Positions 57,666-64,000 of a stretch of DNA of 64,000 nucleotides are shown one piece after another. This DNA is from Candidatus Marinacidobacterium sp. (GTDB taxonomy: Bacteria > Acidobacteriota > Vicinamibacteria > Marinacidobacterales > Marinacidobacteraceae): the NCBI GenBank assembly GCA_965220965.1, contig OZ244852.1, forward strand, positions 384,001 to 448,000, written 5' to 3'. The notes below the pieces were generated by a model. The model was not told the DNA's origin. It saw only the letters and a program-made list of their open reading frames with translations, and made no database searches. Both the position numbers and the translations under genes were made by a program. Positions within the stretch are counted from its first letter, which is position 1. Every line of letters starts with the position of its first letter.

Positions 57666-57782
57666 GGGGACGGAGCGGAGGCTGGGAGGCCCGCCGGCCG
57701 GCTGGCCGGACTCACGGGGCGGCAGGTCACGCGCCGCCCCTTCCGCCTCGGGAGGCCGCTCCCCGGAGAACGCGCGCGACGT

Positions 57783-58733
57783 TCACCCGCGTCGCCGCGC
57801 CGCCGTATCGTAGCCGAGCGGCGCCCTTGCGGAACCGGCGATTCCCCCGTCCGCCGAAGCGAAGGCGAGCACGAGACTCATCCACAGCGCCTGCGCCACG
57901 CCGAGGTGGATGAGCTGGAGCCACCCCGGGGCGCCGAGCGCGATGTTCACCGCGCCGATGGCCGTTTCCGCGACGGTCAGCAGGAGCGCCCCGCGGGCCC
58001 ACCGATTCGCCTCGATTCGTAGCAACCAGACGAGATAGATCGCGGCGCCCACCGCGACCACCGGATGGATCACGCGCAGCCGGACGAGGAAGTGGTTCCC
58101 GGCGGAAATGTCCGCGAGCACTTCGGCGAGGAAGACCCCGCCATCGGACACCGGCTGGGGAAAGAGGGTGTCTCCGAGCGCCGTCACCGCTCCGGTCATC
58201 GCGGTCGCCACCACAACGCCCAGCCCGACCGCGAAGGCGGCGCGTCGGCGACGCGAAAAACCGACCCGTCGGAGATCGCCGGCGCGCCAGGCCGCCAGCG
58301 CCGCGCAGGCGGTCAGCGCGAGGGTGTTCGTGAGGTGGAGCGCGATGACCACGGCGCGCGCCGCCGAGTCGTCGTCGCCGGTCAGACCCCCAAGGACCAG
58401 ACCGGCGCCGATCGCCCCCTCGAACACGATGAAGAGCAGGGTGAGCCCGACGGCGGTCGTGACCGGGCCGCGTCCGTAGCGCCGCCAGGACCACAGCAGC
58501 AGGAGGATGCCCCAGAGCCCGCACAGGGCGCTGGTCACCCGGTGGGTGAACTCGATGCGGGTCGCATCGGAGGGGTCTTCGGGAAGGACGACGCCCTGGC
58601 AGGTCGGCCAGTTCGCCCCGCAGCCGTCGCCGGAGTGGGTGATGCGCACCCACGCGCCGAACAGGATGACCCCCAGCAGATAGAGCGTGAAGAGCCACGC
58701 GACGGCGGGGAACCAGGACGGCCGGGCGGACAA
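57783..58733 (-). CDS. ctaA: heme A synthase COX15/CtaA family
   Basis: GA.VR.T.SG.GC...WPTC, IEFTHR, additional His-bearing TM helices. Confidence 0.88.
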   Translation of the reverse strand: MSARPSWFPAVAWLFTLYLLGVILFGAWVRITHSGDGCGANWPTCQGVVLPEDPSDATRIEFTHRVTSALCGLWGILLLLWSWRRYGRGPVTTAVGLTLLFIVFEGAIGAGLVLGGLTGDDDSAARAVVIALHLTNTLALTACAALAAWRAGDLRRVGFSRRRRAAFAVGLGVVVATAMTGAVTALGDTLFPQPVSDGGVFLAEVLADISAGNHFLVRLRVIHPVVAVGAAIYLVWLLRIEANRWARGALLLTVAETAIGAVNIALGAPGWLQLIHLGVAQALWMSLVLAFASADGGIAGSARAPLGYDTAARRRG

Positions 58734-58792
58734 GCGCCGTCATCCTACGCGGCGCGCGGCGGGGAGCCCGTTTCGCCCCCGCTGGCCCGTGT

Positions 58793-58798
58793 TAGACT
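58793..58798 (+). promoter_or_regulatory. -10 element for tRNA-Met
   Basis: TAGACT ending 15 nt upstream of the mature tRNA 5' end. Confidence 0.5.
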
Positions 58799-58813
58799 GC
58801 GATCACCTCTGGC

Positions 58814-58891
<78 letters not shown>

Positions 58892-59010
58892 GTTGGTCGT
58901 CTCCACCGCGCCCGGGAAGGAAGGCGCGGTCGTTTGCTGGTTCCGTTCCGGTCGGGTGGTCCCGGAGTCCGGACCGTCCCGGTGAGCGTTCCGGGTCGAC
59001 GCGCGGCGTG

Positions 59011-60063
59011 ATGGCGACTTCGCGAGGGGGCCGGGGCCGCCGGCTGGACGTCGAGGGGCGCCTCGCCTCGCTGATCCCGCCCTCGCTGGCGGTTGCGGCG
59101 TTCGTTGTGGCGGTCGGGACCTCGGGTTACATGGTTCTCGAGGGCTGGTCGCTGCGCGAGTCGCTCTACATGACCGTGATCACGCTCTCGACGGTCGGGT
59201 TCGGGGAAGTCCGACCGCTTTCCGAGGGCGGCCAGATCTTCACCGTGGGCTTGATCCTGGGCGGCGTCGCCGCGCTCGGCTTCGCCCTGGTGGCGGTCGG
59301 CGAGCGGGTGGCCGACGCGCCCCGCAGGCGTCTCGAACGGAGGGTTCGCCGGATGAACGACCACGTCATCGTGTGCGGTTACGGGAGGATCGCCCGGACC
59401 GTGATTCCCGGGCTGCTCCGTCAGGGCTACCGGGTGAACGTCATCGAGCAGGCGGCGGAGCCGGCCGAGGCGGCGCGCCGCGCCGGCGTCCCGGTGCTGC
59501 GCGGGGACGCCACGGTCGAGGAGAACCTCGAGCAGGCGGGGGTCCGGCGAGCCGCGGTGGTGGCGGCGCTCCTGCCCCACGACGGCGACAACCTCTCGAT
59601 CACGATGACCGCGACCGCGCTGCGTCCGGGGATCCGGGTCGTCGCCCGCTCCGAGGAGGAGCGCTCGGTCGGGAATCTCCGGCGCGCCGGCGCCCATCCC
59701 GAGGATGTGGTTTCGCCCCACCGGACGGCGGGACAGGTCGTGCTCCGGATCCTCACGCAGGACGGCGGAACGCCGCTCACGCCGGACCTCCGGGAGGTCG
59801 CCGACGGCCATTTCGAGACCGGAACCCTGACCCTCGACGAAGACTCCCGGTGGATCGGGAAGAGCGTGGCCGAGGCGTCGATCGGCGCCGGGGCCAACGT
59901 GCTGGTGGTCGCCGTCACCGATCCGTCCGGCTCGACGCGCGTGGCGCCTCCGGGCGACCAACGGCTTCAGGCGGGGGACCGCCTGACCCTCATGGGGCGC
60001 GCCGAGGATCTCGAGACGCTGGGCGCGCGGCGCGGAAACGCCGAAGCGAAGCCCGGCGACTGA
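59011..60063 (+). CDS. MthK-like potassium channel with RCK (TrkA-N/TrkA-C) domains
   Basis: 2 TM helices, LY...IT.STVGFGE filter, HVIVCGYGR, GDAT, LEQAGV..A, C-terminal TrkA-C. Confidence 0.92.
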   Translation: MATSRGGRGRRLDVEGRLASLIPPSLAVAAFVVAVGTSGYMVLEGWSLRESLYMTVITLSTVGFGEVRPLSEGGQIFTVGLILGGVAALGFALVAVGERVADAPRRRLERRVRRMNDHVIVCGYGRIARTVIPGLLRQGYRVNVIEQAAEPAEAARRAGVPVLRGDATVEENLEQAGVRRAAVVAALLPHDGDNLSITMTATALRPGIRVVARSEEERSVGNLRRAGAHPEDVVSPHRTAGQVVLRILTQDGGTPLTPDLREVADGHFETGTLTLDEDSRWIGKSVAEASIGAGANVLVVAVTDPSGSTRVAPPGDQRLQAGDRLTLMGRAEDLETLGARRGNAEAKPGD

Positions 60064-60090
60064 ACGGCCAAGCGGCGGCCCGTCCCCGGG

Positions 60091-60162
60091 AGCCGGCGAG
60101 TGGATTTGAACCACCGACCTGCTGATTACGAATCAGCTGCTCTGCCCCTGAGCTACACCGGC
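60091..60162 (-). tRNA. tRNA-Thr (CGT)
   Basis: Reverse complement GCCGGTGTAGCTCAG...CTGAT-TCGTA-ATCAG...GGTTCAAATCC...CGCCGGCT; CCA is not encoded. Confidence 0.95.
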
Positions 60163-60337
60163 AACCCGTGAGAACCGAACGGTCCGCGTCGCGCCAGCCA
60201 GATGCCCAGTCGAAGCGTTCTGGCGGGCGTCAACGGGACCGCCCCTGATCCCGTGGCGACCCTCCGCCATTCTATTGTGTCCACTGGCAGCCCGCGCCCC
60301 GAACCCTGGCGAGATCTCCGGGGAGACCGTCGCCGGG

Positions 60338-60343
60338 TAGAAT
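60338..60343 (+). promoter_or_regulatory. candidate -10 element for the leader-peptide/TonB receptor operon
   Basis: TAGAAT about 100 nt upstream of the uORF start. Confidence 0.4.
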
Positions 60344-60446
60344 CGGAAGCGCGCAGCCCGGTCTCCAGATCGCTTGGCTGGCAGTCCGGCCTCCGTCGCC
60401 GGCTCTGTGATCCAGCGACGAGAGCGATGAGACCCGCAACCGGAAG

Positions 60447-60770
60447 ATGACGAAACCCGCCACGAGGCCTGGCTGGCTTCGGGCGTGGTCCCCTGCTGGC
60501 GGGCCGTCGCCTCTTGCAGCGGCGCTGGCGGCTTGTGTTCTGCTCGCGACCGGATGCCTCGCCGTCTCTCACGGTCATGACGAAGAACCGGGCGGTGGGA
60601 GCAGTCAGGACTGCGTAACGTGCGCCCTCGGGCATCACACGCTCGCAGGTTCGACCGGCGCCGCGCTCCCCGGTCCGAACGCCACGGCCGTCGCGGTCTC
60701 CGAGGACGGCGGGCCGGCGCGCCCTGACGCCCGGCTGGCGGTCCATGCCGCCCGCGGCCCCCCCGCGTAA
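60447..60770 (+). CDS. DUF2946/CruR-like leader peptide: hydrophobic segment, HxH, CxxC, HH, C-terminal RGPP
   Basis: ...LAAALAACVLLATGCLAVSHGH...DCVTCALGHH...HAARGPPA*, directly upstream of a TonB receptor. Confidence 0.8.
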   Translation: MTKPATRPGWLRAWSPAGGPSPLAAALAACVLLATGCLAVSHGHDEEPGGGSSQDCVTCALGHHTLAGSTGAALPGPNATAVAVSEDGGPARPDARLAVHAARGPPA

Positions 60771-60893
60771 CAACCCCCCAAACGCCATCGGCGCCACCGC
60801 TCCGTCAGCGGGGCGGACCGCGCGCCGTCCCGTCGCGTGCGTCGGGAGTTTTCCGGTCGCCGGAATTCGGCGGCCGTCGGGAGGTTTTGTTCC

Positions 60894-63338
60894 GTGTCTG
60901 TCTGTCGTTCCCTTCTACCTGCGGTCCTCGTTCTGAGCGCCGCCACAGCCCTGAGTCCGAGTCTCGCCCGCGGGACGCCACAGGAGGGCTCCATCCATGG
61001 AACTGTCGTGGCCGCCGAGAGCGGAGCGCCGGTTCCGTCCGCGCTCGTCTTTCTCGACGGTACGACCCTCTCGGCCATCACCGCCGCCGATGGATCGTTC
61101 GTCATCGACGCTGCGCCGTCCGGCGAACATCTGCTGATCGTCCGGGAAGCGGCGTTCCGGGAGCTGGCGTGGCCGGTCACCGTGGTCGCCGGCCAGCCAG
61201 TGAGACTCGACCTGAGTCTCAGCATCCTGCAGTTCGAAGAGAGCGTCGTGGTGACCGCGACGCAGACGGAACGGGCGGTGACCGAGGTGGCGGCCAGCGT
61301 CACGATTCTCGACGCGGACGCGATCGCCGCTTCGTCGGCGCGCAATCTCCAGGATCTGCTTCGGCAGACGCCGGCGCTCGATCTGGCGGAGACCTCGGGA
61401 ATGGCCGCCCGCGCCAACTCGTCGCTCATCATGCGCGGGGTCCCGGGCACGAAGCGGGCGCTGTTCCTGGTCGACGGGATGCCTGCCAACGATCTGGGCC
61501 ACGGAAGTCTCGCCGGGCTGAGCCTCGTTCCGGTCGAATCGGTCGAGCGCGCCGAGGTGGTCCGCGGCCCCTTTTCGAGTCTCTACGGGGCGAACGCCTT
61601 TTCCGGCGCCATCAACGTCATCACCCGACCTGGCGAAGGGCCTCCAGCCGCCGACTTCTTCGCCAGCGGCGGCTCGGCCGGCTACTACCAGTTCGGCGCT
61701 TCGGTGCGTGGCGCATCGGGACCTGTCGCCTACACCTTCACTGCGGATCGCCGCCAGATCGACAACGTCTACAACCGCGACACCCGCATGGTTCCGGTGA
61801 TCGGCGAGGACGGCGGCATTCTGCAGCGGGAGGTCCCGCTTACGAATGTCGGGTACGAGGACACCCGGCTCAACGGTCGGCTCGACATCGACATGTCGGA
61901 CGCGTGGCGGCTGACCCTGCTGCCGAGGATCACCCGCTACGAGACGGGGCTCGATCTGTCGTCACGACTGCCGGCGCCGGTCGAGGAATCCAAGCAGGAC
62001 ACCGCCTTCAACCTCGGCGGCGTCCTCAGCTATGGCGGGGAGGGGGCGCTTACGGCCCGGCTGCGGGCGAGCTACCGCTACTCGACGCAGAGCCTCTTCC
62101 AGGAGAACTTCACGCTTGCCCCGACGCGCCAGACGATCATCGTGGATCCACCGGGTCCCGCCATCAGTGAGTCGGTGACCCGAGGCGTGTTCCCCTTTGC
62201 GGCGCTCACCGGGCAGGAAACCGATTTCTTCACTCTCCTCCTCGAGCCGCAGTTCACGTGGACGCCGAACGCCGACCACACGGTCGTTTTCGGCGCCAGC
62301 TATACCCGCGACCATGGCGCTTTCGGCGAGAGCAGGATCGCGGACGCCTCGAATCTGGTCGGCTCGGACGCCACTCTCGCCGGGATCGCCCGGGGCATCC
62401 AGGCGGGCATGGCGGCGGGCGGAGCGCCCAACCCGAGCGTCACGTTTGTGCGCGACCCGGCCATTGGCGAGATCTTTCCCCTCTCGGACGGGCAGGAGGA
62501 GCAGTTCGACATCTTCTCGGCCTACGTTCAGGACGAGTGGGTCGTGGCCGACCGGCTGCGGTTCGTCCCGGGCCTTCGCTTCGACCACCACGCTTCCTTC
62601 GGGTCCGTCGCTTCTCCCAAGGTGGCGCTGCTGTACTCGCTGGCGCCGACCACGCGGGTGCGCAGCTCCGTCGGGCGCGCCTTTCGGGCTCCGAGTCTCT
62701 TCGAACTGTTCGGCAACGTGGTCTTCCACGGGCCCATTCCCGGCCTGCCGAACGCCGATCTGAAGCCCGAGTACATCAGTTCGTTCGACGCCGGGATCCA
62801 GCACGAGGTCAGCCGCGCCTTGCGGGCCGAAGTGAACGTCTTCTACAACGACATGACGGACCTCATCCAGCTCGTCATTTCGCCGGAGCGCGACCACTTC
62901 GACTGGGTCAACGTGGCCGAGGCGCGCTCCACCGGTCTCGAACTGGTGGCGAATGGTGACGCCGCGTCGTGGTTGGGCTACTACGCCAACTACGCGTACA
63001 CCGACAGCGAGGATCGGGCCACCGGCAACGCGCTGGCCCTCGTGCCGCGTCACAAGGCCAACGCCGGACTCCGGTTGCGGGGCGACGTCGGGTCATGGCG
63101 TTTCACCGGTTCCCTCGACCAGCGCTGGGTTGGCGCGCGAACGCAGAGCTCGCAGGGCGTTCCGGTGGGTCTTGACGCCTACGGACGCACTGATCTCGCC
63201 GTCTACCTGCACCCCACCAGTCGCCTCCGCCTCGGGCTGCAGGTGCTCAACCTCATGAACGCCGACTACCAGGAGACGGCCGCCAGTCCCACGCTCGGCC
63301 GGCTGATCTCGGTAGGCCTGACGGTCACTCCGTTCTAG
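60894..63338 (+). CDS. TonB-dependent receptor (heme/cobalamin-like class)
   Basis: GGAGG RBS plus GTG, signal peptide, ESVVVTAT TonB box, EVVRGPFSSLYG.NA..G.IN.IT plug, FRAP..H..NADLKPE, terminal F. Confidence 0.93.
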   Translation: MSVCRSLLPAVLVLSAATALSPSLARGTPQEGSIHGTVVAAESGAPVPSALVFLDGTTLSAITAADGSFVIDAAPSGEHLLIVREAAFRELAWPVTVVAGQPVRLDLSLSILQFEESVVVTATQTERAVTEVAASVTILDADAIAASSARNLQDLLRQTPALDLAETSGMAARANSSLIMRGVPGTKRALFLVDGMPANDLGHGSLAGLSLVPVESVERAEVVRGPFSSLYGANAFSGAINVITRPGEGPPAADFFASGGSAGYYQFGASVRGASGPVAYTFTADRRQIDNVYNRDTRMVPVIGEDGGILQREVPLTNVGYEDTRLNGRLDIDMSDAWRLTLLPRITRYETGLDLSSRLPAPVEESKQDTAFNLGGVLSYGGEGALTARLRASYRYSTQSLFQENFTLAPTRQTIIVDPPGPAISESVTRGVFPFAALTGQETDFFTLLLEPQFTWTPNADHTVVFGASYTRDHGAFGESRIADASNLVGSDATLAGIARGIQAGMAAGGAPNPSVTFVRDPAIGEIFPLSDGQEEQFDIFSAYVQDEWVVADRLRFVPGLRFDHHASFGSVASPKVALLYSLAPTTRVRSSVGRAFRAPSLFELFGNVVFHGPIPGLPNADLKPEYISSFDAGIQHEVSRALRAEVNVFYNDMTDLIQLVISPERDHFDWVNVAEARSTGLELVANGDAASWLGYYANYAYTDSEDRATGNALALVPRHKANAGLRLRGDVGSWRFTGSLDQRWVGARTQSSQGVPVGLDAYGRTDLAVYLHPTSRLRLGLQVLNLMNADYQETAASPTLGRLISVGLTVTPF

Positions 63339-63351
63339 AGGAGGGTCCCCC

Positions 63352-64000
63352 ATGAAGAACAGCAGCAAACCGGCCCCACGCGGGCCGGTCCGGGCGTTCG
63401 TCGCCGGGCTCTGGTCCCGGCGGCGACGGATTGCGGCCGCCACGCTCGCGGTGGCCACGCTCTGGATCGGGTTCTCGCAGTATGAGCGTCACCTTGCGGT
63501 GACGCGGGTGGCGTTCGTGAATTTTCCGGGCTTCCAGCTTGCCCGCATCGAGCGCGCGCGCCAGAGCGACGCGGTCCGGATCGAGTCGCTGGACCTCGCG
63601 GCGCTCGACCGGGCGGCCGACTACCCGGTCGTCTTTGTGTTCGGGCGCGGCCTGCAGCTCGACGAGACGCAGCTCGGCCACCTCCGCGAAGCGGGCCGCC
63701 GCGGGGCGCGGCTCTTCGTGCAGGGCGCCACGAACCCTGCGCTCGATGTCACGAACCTGCGCGGTCCGCAGCTCGACGCCACCAACGCATACCTCGAGTT
63801 CGGAGGGGCGGAGAACTACGCCCGGCTCCTCAACTTCTCGCGAGTCGAACTCGACGGCAAGACGCTTCGGTCGGATCCGGTGCAGCCTCCCGTCGAACTC
63901 TCGATGGATGTGCTGTTTCATCTGGATGATGACCTGACGTTCGAGACCGTCGATGCGTTCGACGCCTGGTACGCGGGCGAGGGCCTCGTGAAGAGCGCAA
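63352..64000 (+). CDS. CobN/HmuS-like chelatase large subunit with N-terminal membrane anchor; truncated by the window end
   Basis: Not in the ORF track; read manually. GAGGAGG RBS, ATG at 63352, TM helix, TRVAFVNF...Q, Y...GG.ENY.RLL, FH.D....F.....F..WY, resembling the N-termini of Bacteroidota HmuS/CobN proteins. Confidence 0.75.
   Translation, partial: MKNSSKPAPRGPVRAFVAGLWSRRRRIAAATLAVATLWIGFSQYERHLAVTRVAFVNFPGFQLARIERARQSDAVRIESLDLAALDRAADYPVVFVFGRGLQLDETQLGHLREAGRRGARLFVQGATNPALDVTNLRGPQLDATNAYLEFGGAENYARLLNFSRVELDGKTLRSDPVQPPVELSMDVLFHLDDDLTFETVDAFDAWYAGEGLVKSA

Noticed and set aside
57666-57782. T-box or pheM-type attenuator before pheS
   Set aside because: No AAGGTGG.ACC T-box sequence and no Phe-rich leader peptide
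58892-60090. Integrative element at the tRNA 3' ends
   Set aside because: No integrase and no duplicated tRNA 3' fragment seen
60163-60446. Possible cobalamin riboswitch upstream of the TBDR/cobN-like locus
   Set aside because: CCACTG and GAGACC fragments are present, but the ordered core (GGGAA..GGTG.AA.TCC, GC.ACTG...GGGAAG) could not be assembled; an Infernal scan would settle it

Overview
Very GC-rich, gene-dense bacterial chromosome segment. It is probably from Acidobacteriota, inferred from two GWxTD proteins, an Oar-type TonB receptor and BNR/VPS10 proteins. Housekeeping and metabolic content: argR-C-D-F'-B operon, ggt, nadE, lpdA-lipB-E1beta convergent with E2-lipA, boxC-boxB, mltG, hflX, rsgA, pheST, ctaA, initiator tRNA-Met and tRNA-Thr(CGT). 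There are also many exported proteins. No transposase, integrase, rRNA or CRISPR array was seen. The strongest candidate for an undescribed system is at the right end: a 107-aa CxxC/His-rich leader peptide ending in the ribosome-arrest-like motif RGPP, whose stop-codon region can pair with the Shine-Dalgarno of a downstream FRAP/His/NxxL TonB receptor, which is followed by a membrane-anchored CobN/HmuS-like chelatase. This suggests a metal-gated translational switch on a tetrapyrrole-uptake locus. Other notable items are two GWxTD gene neighbourhoods, peptidase homologues with substituted catalytic residues, and a 22-bp inverted repeat upstream of boxC. All calls come from reading motifs by eye; no database searches were run.
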